A stretch of DNA of 64,000 nt from Dehalococcoidia bacterium (lineage in GTDB: Bacteria > Chloroflexota > Dehalococcoidia > Plut-88900), in the NCBI GenBank assembly GCA_965197585.1, contig OZ240215.1, forward strand, positions 1,152,001 to 1,216,000. The letters are read 5' to 3'. How positions within the stretch are numbered: the stretch's first letter is position 1; every line of letters begins with the position of its first letter. The notes below the pieces were generated by a model that saw only the letters and a list, made by a program, of their open reading frames with translations, did no database searches and was not told where the DNA came from. The position numbers and the translations under genes are program-made. Positions 19,272 through 28,783 of this stretch are shown piece by piece.

Positions 19272-20552
19272 CTAAGAAAACTCCAACGCCTCCGCCGCCA
19301 CCAACTCCGCTATCTCATCCTCGTCCAACCCCGCGAGCTCCTTCAGCACCAACTCGCTGTGCTCCCCGACCAACGCCTGCGCCCACCGCAGCTTACCCGG
19401 TGTCTTCGATAGCGTAAACTGCAGCCCGTCGTAAGGCATGGGCCCGCATTCCGTGTGTTCCAGCATGTGGAAGAACCCGAGATGCGCCAGCTGCGGGTCG
19501 TTCCACAGCTCCGACTGGCTCTGCACAACCCCCGCCGGGACCCCCGCCGCTTGCAGCCTCTCCATCAACGCCCATGCCTCGAACCCCGAAGTCCACCCCT
19601 GGATTATCTCGTCCAGAGCCGAAGAGTTCTCCAACCGCTTCCCCATCGACTTATATCTGGGGTCGACCCTTAACCCCGGCATCCCCATCGACTCACACAG
19701 CACCCCCCACTCCTCCTCCGATGTGACCGCAATCGCGCACCAGTGCCCGCCTTTTCGTATAGGCGTCTCAGGCTCGTTTTCGGGCGCGGCACAGGGATAA
19801 ATCCCGTGGGGAGCATACGCTTCGTCACTGTTGCCATTTCTGCGCATCACACGGCCTGTTGTCTGGTAGTCGAGTGCCAGCGGAGACAGGTATTGGATTG
19901 CGCATTCGAACTGGGCGAGATCTATGTGTTGTCCCTTCCCCGTCCGATCCCTGTATAAGAGCGCCGCCAAAATCGCCGCCGCCCCATTAGGCGGATTGAT
20001 GAAATCACTGTAGGCGCCGTATGGAGGCAGCGGGCTATGGTCCGGCCATCCCGTCAGGTGATAGAAACCCGCATGTGCCGCCGCCTGCATCCCAAACCCC
20101 GCAAACGCCGACTTGGGCCCCGTCTGTCCCTGCTGGCAGGCGCTGAACAGGATGATGTCTTCCTTGATCTTCTTCAAGCTTTCATAGTCCAGGCCCCACC
20201 TTTTCTTGACGACCGGGGTGAAGCTCTCCGCCACCACGTCGGGCTGCCACTCCTTCACCAGCCTTCGAATCAGGTCCTGAGACTCGGGTTTCGACATGTT
20301 CAGCCCCAGCCCGTACTTACTCGTGTTGTATATTGCCGGAAACTGGCTGCTGTTTATGCTTGATATCCCGTCCTTGCACGGCGGCGCTCCCCGGAGGTCG
20401 TCCCGCCGGGTCACCGACTCCACCCTGACAACGGTGGCCCCATTGTCGGCCAGGTACTTGATCGTGATCGGCCCGACCGCCACCCACGTGAAGTCGAGCA
20501 CCTTCAAACCTTCAAGGGCCATCCCCTTGCCCGTGTCCAGTCCAGCGCTCAC
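19272..20552 (-). CDS. CaiB/BaiF family III CoA-transferase (BbsF-like, catalytic Asp present)
   Basis: LEGLKVLDFTW, GATVVRVES, GQTGP, PYGAYSDF. Confidence 0.9.
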   Translation of the reverse strand: MSAGLDTGKGMALEGLKVLDFTWVAVGPITIKYLADNGATVVRVESVTRRDDLRGAPPCKDGISSINSSQFPAIYNTSKYGLGLNMSKPESQDLIRRLVKEWQPDVVAESFTPVVKKRWGLDYESLKKIKEDIILFSACQQGQTGPKSAFAGFGMQAAAHAGFYHLTGWPDHSPLPPYGAYSDFINPPNGAAAILAALLYRDRTGKGQHIDLAQFECAIQYLSPLALDYQTTGRVMRRNGNSDEAYAPHGIYPCAAPENEPETPIRKGGHWCAIAVTSEEEWGVLCESMGMPGLRVDPRYKSMGKRLENSSALDEIIQGWTSGFEAWALMERLQAAGVPAGVVQSQSELWNDPQLAHLGFFHMLEHTECGPMPYDGLQFTLSKTPGKLRWAQALVGEHSELVLKELAGLDEDEIAELVAAEALEFS

Positions 20553-20553
20553 C

Positions 20554-21825
20554 CTATATCACCCCCGACTCTTTCATCGACTCGAATTCCTCTTTACCCA
20601 ACCCCAACTCATCCACGAACACCTCACGGTTGTGCTCCCCCACCCCCGGCGCCCGGTGCCTGAACGAGATCGGGCACTCCGGCATCGAGATGTACCGCCC
20701 CGCATATTTGAGAGGTTGGTCGTGGCACGGCGTATCTGCCTTCAGCCAGTACCCCCGGGCCCGTAGCTGTACGTCCCCCAGTACGTCATCGACGGCATTG
20801 CATGGTGCCAATAACACCTTTTCCTGGATCGATCTGTCGAAGAGTTCTTCTCGGGTCTTTGTCATGAAGAACCGGCGGATATACTCCGTAACTGTGTTGA
20901 TTTCCTGCTGCTCCTTCTCCCCCGGCGCCGCCTCCTCATCCCATCCTCCCCACTTCTCCCAGTCCATTTCCTTCATTAGATCAGGGGCGAAGCCCTCTTC
21001 ATCCATCCACCGCACCAACCCTTCCATACGGAACCCGTGCATCCCGCCCGCCAACGTGTAGCTCACGTATCCGTCCTTGCACGGAAAGATGGCCAAAACG
21101 TCCAGGTCGCCATTCTTGTTGTGGGCCCCGTTCCGCTCGACGTTGTACCCCTCCAGTTGCGGAAACTGGCTCGCATTCATCATCGTCCAAAACACCGACA
21201 CCTGCGTAGAAACCTCAACTACCTGACCCTCCCCGCCACTATGAGCCTTCCATAAAGCACACATCGACCCAACCGCCGCCTGCGCCCCTGCGTGCAGTTC
21301 TGCCTGCGGAAACGAGATCCTAACAGGCGGCTTGTCGGGTTCGCCACTGATGTAGGCCATCCCACCCATCGCCCAGGACACTAAATCCGTCGCCTTGTAC
21401 TTCGCACGTGGCCCCGACTCTCCAAATGGCGTCATCGAAGCAACGACCAGTCTCGGGTTGACCTTGCTCAGTTCCTCGTAACCCAGCCCCACCGACTCCA
21501 TATAGTCCAGCCCCCACGACTGCATCAGAAAGTCCGTGCCCGCTGCCAGCCTCTTCAATAGGTCTGCCCCTTCGGGTTTGGTGATGTCGAGGGTAATGCC
21601 CCGTTTATTGAAGCAATACGTTTCCCAGTACCAGCTCCGGTCTGGCTGCTCTTGGCCCGGGTATAGGGGCCAGTGATAGCGCGTTGGGCTACCGCCCGGG
21701 GGCTCGACCTTTATCACGTCGGCCCCCAGATCGGCCAGCACCTTCCCGCACCAGTTGTAGCCGCCCTCGGTCAGGTCCAGCGCCCTGTATGGCCCGAGAG
21801 CCATTGAATCCCTGTCAAATCCCAT
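20554..21825 (-). CDS. CaiB/BaiF family III CoA-transferase (BbsE-like partner)
   Basis: LADLGADVIKVEPPGG, NKRGITLD, TPFGESGP, APGVGEHN; QAE in place of the usual Asp motif. Confidence 0.88.
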   Translation of the reverse strand: MGFDRDSMALGPYRALDLTEGGYNWCGKVLADLGADVIKVEPPGGSPTRYHWPLYPGQEQPDRSWYWETYCFNKRGITLDITKPEGADLLKRLAAGTDFLMQSWGLDYMESVGLGYEELSKVNPRLVVASMTPFGESGPRAKYKATDLVSWAMGGMAYISGEPDKPPVRISFPQAELHAGAQAAVGSMCALWKAHSGGEGQVVEVSTQVSVFWTMMNASQFPQLEGYNVERNGAHNKNGDLDVLAIFPCKDGYVSYTLAGGMHGFRMEGLVRWMDEEGFAPDLMKEMDWEKWGGWDEEAAPGEKEQQEINTVTEYIRRFFMTKTREELFDRSIQEKVLLAPCNAVDDVLGDVQLRARGYWLKADTPCHDQPLKYAGRYISMPECPISFRHRAPGVGEHNREVFVDELGLGKEEFESMKESGVI

Positions 21826-22102
21826 TGGCTTTCCGCCACTCCAAAGTCCGATTTCGGCGGTTAGTATATACCCTATCCCACCCCTCCCCGTCCCGCGACA
21901 CGGGCCAAAGGTACGCCGTGGCCCGAATCCATCCCCTGGAGGGGCCGCTTACCCTGAGCAGAGTCGAAGGGTCGAGCGGGGGGTGGTCCCGCAATGCCTA
22001 CCCCTCATGGTTACTCGACGCCACTCCTCCCGACACCCGTCTAGCCAACCCCTCCCCATGTTATATACTCTCCCCAACACCCCCAACAGGAGACCCCCAA
22101 TA

Positions 22103-22834
22103 ATGCCTGAACAACCCGCCAAACTCCTTCCCCTCCCCGAAAACTGGAACCGCGCCCTAGCCATCGCCGCCCACCCGGACGACCTCGAATACGGCGCAGC
22201 CAGCGCCATTGCCCGTTGGACTTCTCAGGGCAAGGAGGTCGGTTACCTGATGGTCACCAAGGGCGAGGCGGGTATCGACTCCATGCACCCCGAAGAGACC
22301 GCTCGTCTCCGAATGCAAGAGGAGATCAACAGCGCCCGAGTCGTCGGAGTCGACTACGTCGAATTCCTGGGATTCACCGATGGCGTTGTCGAGTACGGCC
22401 TACCCCTCCGCCTCGCCATCACCCGAGAAATAAGAAAGTTCAAGCCCGACGTCATCATCAGCGGCAACTACGACCTGTTTTTTCCCGGCGGCCATTTCAA
22501 CTTTGCCGACCACCGAGCTGTTGGCGTCGCCGTCCTGGACGCCGCTCGGGACGCCGACAACCGTTGGATCTTCCCCGAACTCCTTGAAGAACGCCACGAG
22601 CCCTGGCATGGCATAAAGCACATCTTCATCGCCTCCCCGCCCGTCACCACCCACTACGTCGACGTGACGGATTCCATATACAAGGGCATTGCGTCCCTGC
22701 AGGAGCACAAGGTCTACATCGACAACCTCTCCCAGGACTTCAACCCAGACGACTTCCTAAGCTTCGGCGCCGCCGCCACCGGCATGCAAGCCGGCTGCGA
22801 CTACGCCGTCGGCTTCGGCTTCATGGACTTTTAA
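22103..22834 (+). CDS. PIG-L/LmbE family deacetylase
   Basis: AHPDDLE, TKGEAG, RxxE, DHRAVG. Confidence 0.9.
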   Translation: MPEQPAKLLPLPENWNRALAIAAHPDDLEYGAASAIARWTSQGKEVGYLMVTKGEAGIDSMHPEETARLRMQEEINSARVVGVDYVEFLGFTDGVVEYGLPLRLAITREIRKFKPDVIISGNYDLFFPGGHFNFADHRAVGVAVLDAARDADNRWIFPELLEERHEPWHGIKHIFIASPPVTTHYVDVTDSIYKGIASLQEHKVYIDNLSQDFNPDDFLSFGAAATGMQAGCDYAVGFGFMDF

Positions 22835-22984
22835 CCCACGCTTAACCTGTCATTCCAAGGCTCCGCGAGGGATCTAAGGCGCAAGCCCACGTATCCTGCC
22901 ACTACCTGAATGCTACCGATCCACAGTAGTTCCGCCCCTCTCGTATTCCATCCCCGCAAGCCAGACTCCACATCCCCAGGTACA

Positions 22985-23031
22985 GAATAGGGGAGTGCGC
23001 CGTCGCCAAGCGACGGCGCACTCCCCTATTC
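22985..23031. terminator. 22-bp perfect hairpin between convergent genes (probable bidirectional terminator)
   Basis: GAATAGGGGAGTGCGCCGTCGC-CAA-GCGACGGCGCACTCCCCTATTC. Confidence 0.65.
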
Positions 23032-23099
23032 ATATCCCCCTCTCCCTTAAGGGCCCTAAGGAAGAGGGGACCAGGGTGAGAGGGTTCCCTCCCACTCTC

Positions 23100-24014
23100 C
23101 TACAACTTCGACAAATACTGATCGAAGATATCAACACCCACGAACCCGCTGTACGCCCGTTCCAGCCTCTGTGTCACGGGGCCCGGTATCCGACCGTCCG
23201 CGATCGGCGCACCATTCACACTCGATACCGGGCAAATACACAAACTGGTTGACGTAATGAACACCTCGTCCGCATTGTAGGCGTCGAACATATCCAGGTC
23301 TGTCTCCACGGTCTCGATATCCAGCTCCCGGGCCAGGTCCAGCACAGTCTGCCGGCTGATCCCTTCCAGCGTGAACCGGTCAATTGGCGTATGAATCGCA
23401 CCGTCCTTAACCAGGAAGATGTTGCTGCCCGCTCCCTCGGCCAGGTTTCCGCTGACATCCAGCAGCACTGCCCATGCCTCCGAGTCCTGCGCCTTGACCT
23501 CCAGATCAGCCAGCACCATGTTCACGTAGTTGTGCGTCTTCGCCCGAGGACTTATCGACGAAGGTGGCGTCCGACGCACCGACGGCGTGATCACCCGGAT
23601 CCCGTCCCGGTAAAGATTGGCTCTCTGTTTGAAGGGGATCGGGTCCGTATGGATTATCACCGTGGCCCCTCCGGCCTCCCTTGGGTTGTGCGACGCCGGA
23701 TCGACTCCCCGAGTCACCCGTTGGATCACCCAGTAGTCCGCCCCTTCTTCCAGGAGCGGCAGGTTCGCATTGACCACCTCGTGGGTCAGTTCCGCCATCC
23801 TGTCCTTGCTCATGCCCGGGTCGAGCCTCAGGTACTTGCAAGACCTGTACAGCCTGTCCAGGTGCTCGCGCACCTTGAATACCTGCCCGTTGAACGTCCG
23901 CGTGTTGTCGAACACCGCGTCGCCCATCTTGAATCCTCGGTCCTGAATCGAGACCTTAGCCTCGCTCTCGGGAACAATCTCCCCATTAATATAAACAACT
24001 CGTTCCTTCGTCAA
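23100..24014 (-). CDS. PLP fold-type IV aminotransferase
   Basis: TTG start behind AAGGAA; YINGEIVP, DRGF, HLDRL, RAKTHNY, EGAGSNIF, LEGISR. Confidence 0.9.
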   Translation of the reverse strand: MTKERVVYINGEIVPESEAKVSIQDRGFKMGDAVFDNTRTFNGQVFKVREHLDRLYRSCKYLRLDPGMSKDRMAELTHEVVNANLPLLEEGADYWVIQRVTRGVDPASHNPREAGGATVIIHTDPIPFKQRANLYRDGIRVITPSVRRTPPSSISPRAKTHNYVNMVLADLEVKAQDSEAWAVLLDVSGNLAEGAGSNIFLVKDGAIHTPIDRFTLEGISRQTVLDLARELDIETVETDLDMFDAYNADEVFITSTSLCICPVSSVNGAPIADGRIPGPVTQRLERAYSGFVGVDIFDQYLSKL

Positions 24015-24051
24015 CTTCGATTCCTTTCCTGCCTTGTCATTTTCTCTCTCC

Positions 24052-24215
24052 GAGACTCCTGTACAAACTGGTGCCGGACGGGCCGGGGCTGCTCGTGCTG
24101 TCGTAGATCCGCCGAGGCGGGAGCCCGTCGAAGTATGAGCGGGGCGGGGTCCCATCCCCTCTCCCTTGACAGGAGTCGTAGATACGCCGAGGCGTGAGGG
24201 ATAGGGTGAGGGTGA
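24052..24215 (+). repeat. Composite repeat: family B and family A hairpins, each carrying a 21-nt insert
   Basis: Inserts at 24100-24120 and 24175-24195 relative to uninterrupted copies. Confidence 0.8.
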
Positions 24216-24224
24216 ACTTCTCCC

Positions 24225-25256
24225 CTAAACCATCACCTCCGCCGCCCGAAGCGCGGGCATTACCTCTTTCGCAAACATCTCCATCGACGCCATCGCCTTA
24301 TCAGTCTCCAGCGCCCCGATGTCAAACTGGCAAAGCAGCGTGGTCACGTTTGCCTCATCCCGGAATGCCTGTATCTTCCGCAGGCACTCTTCCGGCGTCC
24401 CCAGCATCAACGTCGTCTCTAGGAGTTCCTCAGCGGGTGGTTCGTCGGGTAGCCGGTCTGAATACGCCCGGCCGTCGATAATCCTTTCCCTCCCCGCCCG
24501 CAGCGACCCCGCGGTCCTGCGAACGTACATCCCATTCTCGAACTGCGCCGCAATCTCCTCAGGATCGTGGGAGACATATGTGTGCCTCAGGATTGTGAAC
24601 TCCCTCGGCCCCCAGCCGTGAGCGTCGAGACTCTCCCGGAATATCCGGTTATTGTTCTTCAGATTGTCCATCGCCCCCGAACAAATCGTGTGATAGCCCC
24701 GCTCCCCGCTCAATACCATGCTCGTCGGACTGCTCCCAGCGTGCCAGAAGGGTGGATGGGGCTGCTGCAGGGGCCGGGGAAACGTCCAGGTCTTCGGAAA
24801 CTGGTAGTGCTTCCCTTCGTGGGCCACGCCGTTCTCCGACAGACACCGAGTCACGATTTCCATGTACTCGTTGAACCGCTCGAAATTCTCCTCGATCGGC
24901 ACCCCGAACCTGTTGAACTCGTAGGGCTGATAACCTCTGCCGACACCCAGGTCGAGCCTTCCGTCCGTCAGCTGGTCCGCCATCCCGATCTCCTCGGCAA
25001 GCCTGAGCGGGTGGTAGAAGGGCACCACCATCACCCCAATGCCGATACGGGCTTTCTTGGTGCGTTCCGCCAGCTTCACGGCCATCAGAAGTGGGTTGGG
25101 GCAATAGCCATAGCTAGAAAAGTGGTGCTCTGCCAGCCACACCGAGTCGAATCCCAACTGGTCAGCAAAAGCGGCCATCTCTACAGTGCGGCCGTACACG
25201 TCTTCTGCCGGCTTCATCTCCGGAGACTGGTTCAAAAAGAAGGCCCCGAATTTCAT
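24225..25256 (-). CDS. LLM-class (luciferase-like) flavin-dependent oxidoreductase
   Basis: WLAEHHF, HPLRLAEE, GRLDLGVGRGY, PRPLQQPHPP. Confidence 0.93.
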   Translation of the reverse strand: MKFGAFFLNQSPEMKPAEDVYGRTVEMAAFADQLGFDSVWLAEHHFSSYGYCPNPLLMAVKLAERTKKARIGIGVMVVPFYHPLRLAEEIGMADQLTDGRLDLGVGRGYQPYEFNRFGVPIEENFERFNEYMEIVTRCLSENGVAHEGKHYQFPKTWTFPRPLQQPHPPFWHAGSSPTSMVLSGERGYHTICSGAMDNLKNNNRIFRESLDAHGWGPREFTILRHTYVSHDPEEIAAQFENGMYVRRTAGSLRAGRERIIDGRAYSDRLPDEPPAEELLETTLMLGTPEECLRKIQAFRDEANVTTLLCQFDIGALETDKAMASMEMFAKEVMPALRAAEVMV

Positions 25257-25350
25257 ACATAATCTCCTTGCGGCTTATCTGCGCTGGAACGCCAAACATT
25301 ATAGTCACCCCCCTCTCCCCCTGTCGATTAGACATCCCCATCCCCTTGAT

Positions 25351-25665
25351 GAGACCTTTGCATGAATCTTGTCTCTTGGGGTTGGGGTCGCTCGTGCTGA
25401 GGCTCTCGAAGTATGAGCGGGGGGATGTGCCGTCCGCTCTCCCTCGACGGAAGATGGCTAGGGCGGTAGGCTTGCTGAGGAGAGTGAGGGTGATCCCTCC
25501 CCCGCAGGGCCGACTCTCGTGGTCACCCACAACCTGCCCCAATCCCGCCCAGGCAGCACCCTCTAGTCGGAGACTATGTGGAACACCCGTCTCTGGAGGG
25601 TACGCCTCCTGAAGATCGAAGTGTCGAGCGGATTTGCCCCCATGCCTGAGTTATTCAAAGGCCTC
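25351..25665. mobile_element. MITE-like element (315 bp) containing REP-like modules
   Basis: Ends GAGACCTTTGCATGAA and GTTATTCAAAGGCCTC (imperfect inverted repeats); flanks CCCCTTGAT and ATCAAGGG; no ORF. Confidence 0.6.
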
Positions 25666-25714
25666 ATCAAGGGAGGGGGACGGGAGCAGGGGGAGGGTTA
25701 TTCTCGAATAACCC

Positions 25715-26314
25715 CTAGGTTTCGATGACGCCTTTGGTGCTGGGGACTTGGGAGGCGGTGCGGGAGTCTATGCGGGAGGCGGCGTCCATCGATTTGGCGA
25801 GGGCCTTGAAGAGCGCCTCGATTTTATGGTGGTCGTTTGTGCCGGCTTCGATTTTAGCGTGGATGTTGAAGCGGCCCTCAATGGCGAATGACTCCAGGAA
25901 GTGCCGGGCCATGTCGGAGGTGAGGCCGCCTACTACGGGCTGGGTGAAGGACAGGTCGACCTGGGCGTAGCCTCGGCCGCCGAGGTCCAGGGCCACAAGG
26001 GCCAGGGCCTCGTCGAGGGGGACGAGGGCGTGGGACATCCGGACGATGCCCGTGCGGTCTCCGAGGGCCTGGCCAAAGGCCCTTCCGAGGAGGATGGCAA
26101 CGTCCTCGACTGTGTGGTGGCCGTCGGGGTCTGTGGATGACCGGGCACTGATGGTCAGGTCGAAAGCGCCGTGTCGGGCGAGCTGGGAAAGCATGTGGTC
26201 GAGCATCGGGACGCCGGTGTCGACGGTGTACTGACCCGTGCCGTCGATTTCGACCTCGATGGATATGTCGGTCTCACCGGTCTTTCGTTCGAGCAGGGCG
26301 TGTCTGTCAGCCAT
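25715..26314 (-). CDS. hisB: Imidazoleglycerol-phosphate dehydratase (monofunctional)
   Basis: RKTGETDI, HHTVED, PLDEAL, HHKIEALFKA, PSTKG. Confidence 0.97.
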   Translation of the reverse strand: MADRHALLERKTGETDISIEVEIDGTGQYTVDTGVPMLDHMLSQLARHGAFDLTISARSSTDPDGHHTVEDVAILLGRAFGQALGDRTGIVRMSHALVPLDEALALVALDLGGRGYAQVDLSFTQPVVGGLTSDMARHFLESFAIEGRFNIHAKIEAGTNDHHKIEALFKALAKSMDAASRIDSRTASQVPSTKGVIET

Positions 26315-27434
26315 TCAACTCCAAGCCAATCTCTGCGAGGGCGTCGACGAGGCGGTCGGTTTCTTCCGGCTTGCCGACGCTGATTCGGAAGCAGTTTTTC
26401 AAGTTAGGCCTATCATAATACCGGACAAATATATTGCGCTGCTTCAGCAGGTTGAAGACATGCTCACCGTTGCCTCGGGTGACGTTGCAGAGGATGTAGT
26501 TGCCCTCGGAGGGGATGGGTGAGAGGAAGTCGAGACCCTGCAGGAAATCGAAGAGCCGGGCTCTTTCCTTCACAAGGGCCTGGACGTTGCGCATCAGGTA
26601 ATCCCGGTCTAGTAGAGACTCCAGAGCGGCTATCTGGGCAAATACGCTGATGTTGTAGGGCTGCTTGATCTGGTTGAGGTAGGCACAGACTTCCGGGGAG
26701 ACGATGGCGTAGCCGATTCGAACGCCGGCCAGGCCCGCCCACTTGCTGAATGTCCTAACTACCATCAGGTTTTCGTAGTCGTTGACCAAGTCGGCGAGGG
26801 TGTGGCCTGCAAACTCGAAGTAAGCCTCGTCGATGACAACAAAAAGGCCCATTTCCAGCAGGGCTATCACCTGCTCCCGTGGGACGCTGTTGCCGGTGGG
26901 GTTGTTTGGGGAGGCGAGAAAAATGAGCTTGGTCCGTTCGTCGGTGGCGGCTTTTATGGCGTCGAGGTCAATCCCGTAATCAGATGTGCGTTCGAGCTCA
27001 ATAAGTTGGCCGCCGGCTACGTCGGTGAGGAACTTGTACATGCCGAATGTGGGGATACAGCTGAGCACTTTGTCACCCGGTTCCAAGAGGAGACGGATGA
27101 TCATGTCGAGGACTTCGTCAGAGCCGTTGCCGACGATAATGTTCTCGGTGGCGAGCCCGGCGTACTCGGCGAGGGCGGCGCGTAGGGTGCGCTGCTCGGC
27201 GTCGGGGTAGGTGTGGAGGGCCTCGCTTTCAGATATGGCCTGGAGGACGTGGGGGGAGGGACCGTAGGGGTTTTCGTTGGCGTCCAGCTTTACGGGGGTC
27301 AGCGCGACCCCAGATGAGGCTGAAGCCTCAGCGACCAGGCGCTCTACAGGGACGACGGGGGTGTAGCCCGCGAGGTGACGGAGGTCGGGGCGCATGAGGT
27401 CACGGATTGAGGGTCGAGACTTTCTCGTATCCAT
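26307..27434 (-). CDS. hisC: Histidinol-phosphate aminotransferase
   Basis: KLDANENPY, GNGSDE, SPNNPTG, DEAY, RTFSKWAGLAGVRIGY. Confidence 0.96.
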   Translation of the reverse strand: MDTRKSRPSIRDLMRPDLRHLAGYTPVVPVERLVAEASASSGVALTPVKLDANENPYGPSPHVLQAISESEALHTYPDAEQRTLRAALAEYAGLATENIIVGNGSDEVLDMIIRLLLEPGDKVLSCIPTFGMYKFLTDVAGGQLIELERTSDYGIDLDAIKAATDERTKLIFLASPNNPTGNSVPREQVIALLEMGLFVVIDEAYFEFAGHTLADLVNDYENLMVVRTFSKWAGLAGVRIGYAIVSPEVCAYLNQIKQPYNISVFAQIAALESLLDRDYLMRNVQALVKERARLFDFLQGLDFLSPIPSEGNYILCNVTRGNGEHVFNLLKQRNIFVRYYDRPNLKNCFRISVGKPEETDRLVDALAEIGLELNG

Positions 27435-27436
27435 GT

Positions 27437-28783
27437 TCAGTCTCCGGCGCTGCTAACGGAATGCTGGGCCGTGCGAACCTCCAGGGAGCGGGCGTGGGAC
27501 TCGAAGCCCTCCTGTCGGGCAATCTCGATGCCGTGGGCCAGAAGGGGGCCCGCCTCTTCTTCCGACAGGGAGATTATAGACATGGATTTTAGAAAGTCAT
27601 TAACGCCGAGGGCAGAACTATAACGAGCGGCGCCTGCCGTGGGGAGGGCGTGGCTCGGGCCTGCGACGTAGTCCCCGAGAACGTGGGGAGAGTGGTCTCC
27701 CAGGAACAGCGCCCCGGCGTTCTTGACGAGGCCGACATAGCGGTCGGCGTTGCGGACCATGAGGCAGAGATGCTCCGGGGCGTAGAGGTTGGAGAGATCG
27801 ATGGCCTGTTCGATGGATTCGGTGACGATGATAGCGCCGTTTGCGTCCATGGACTGGGTGAGTATATCCAGGCGCTGGGAGCGCTGACGGAGGCCGGTGA
27901 GCTCCGCTTCGACCCGCTCGGCGAAGGCAGGGGAGTTGGTGATAAGGATAGAAACGGAGTCGGGGTCATGTTCGGCCTGGGCGAGGATGTCGGCGGCGCA
28001 CCAGGAGGGTGAAATGTGGTCATCGGCGACGGTGACGGCCTCGGTGGGGCCCTGGATGGTGTCGACGCCGACGGTCCCGAAGACCATGCGCTTGGCCGTC
28101 TGGACGAAGACGTTGCCGGGGCCGAAAATCTTGTCCACTGCGGGGATAGACTCGGTGCCGTAAGCAAGAGCGGCAATGGCCTGAGCGCCCCCGATGGCGA
28201 ATACCCTATCGACGTTTGCGATGGCGGCGGCGGCAAGGACGACGGGCGCGATTGAGCCATCGGGACGGGGGGGAGTTACCAGAACGATCTCCCGGACGCC
28301 CGCGACTCGGGCGGGAATGGCAGTCATAAGGACGGTAGAAGGATAAACGGCGGTGCCGCCGGGAACGTATAGGCCGACCCTGTCCAGTGCGGTGACTCTC
28401 TGGCCGAGGCCGTTGCTTGTGAAATCACGGATGGTGTGCCTGGCAAGTTCGGTCTGGTAGTCCTCAATGCGGCGGGCGGCGAATCTCAGGGAGTCGGCGA
28501 CATTGGGGGGGATTTGGTCCAGGGCGGTATTAAGGTCGCTTTGGGGGATTTCGAGGGAGTCGGGGGACAGGTTGTCGATGCGGCGGAGGTAATCGAAGAG
28601 AGCGGCGTCGCCTTGGGTACGGACGTCGTCGAGGATGCGGGCGACGGCGTTGGGCAAAGAGAGGGGCTCGCCGAATACGCGTTCAATGCCAGCGGCGACT
28701 TTGGGGCTTAGAGGAGCGTCGGGGCCGCCGTGGAGCCGACCGAGGAAGCCCCGGGCCTCGGTCAAGTCGGTGATGACTCTCAA
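27437..28783 (-). CDS. hisD: Histidinol dehydrogenase
   Basis: GLYVPGG, GGAQAIAALAYGT, GPGN, QAEHD, APEHL, GDYVAGPSHALPT. Confidence 0.97.
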   Translation of the reverse strand: MRVITDLTEARGFLGRLHGGPDAPLSPKVAAGIERVFGEPLSLPNAVARILDDVRTQGDAALFDYLRRIDNLSPDSLEIPQSDLNTALDQIPPNVADSLRFAARRIEDYQTELARHTIRDFTSNGLGQRVTALDRVGLYVPGGTAVYPSTVLMTAIPARVAGVREIVLVTPPRPDGSIAPVVLAAAAIANVDRVFAIGGAQAIAALAYGTESIPAVDKIFGPGNVFVQTAKRMVFGTVGVDTIQGPTEAVTVADDHISPSWCAADILAQAEHDPDSVSILITNSPAFAERVEAELTGLRQRSQRLDILTQSMDANGAIIVTESIEQAIDLSNLYAPEHLCLMVRNADRYVGLVKNAGALFLGDHSPHVLGDYVAGPSHALPTAGAARYSSALGVNDFLKSMSIISLSEEEAGPLLAHGIEIARQEGFESHARSLEVRTAQHSVSSAGD

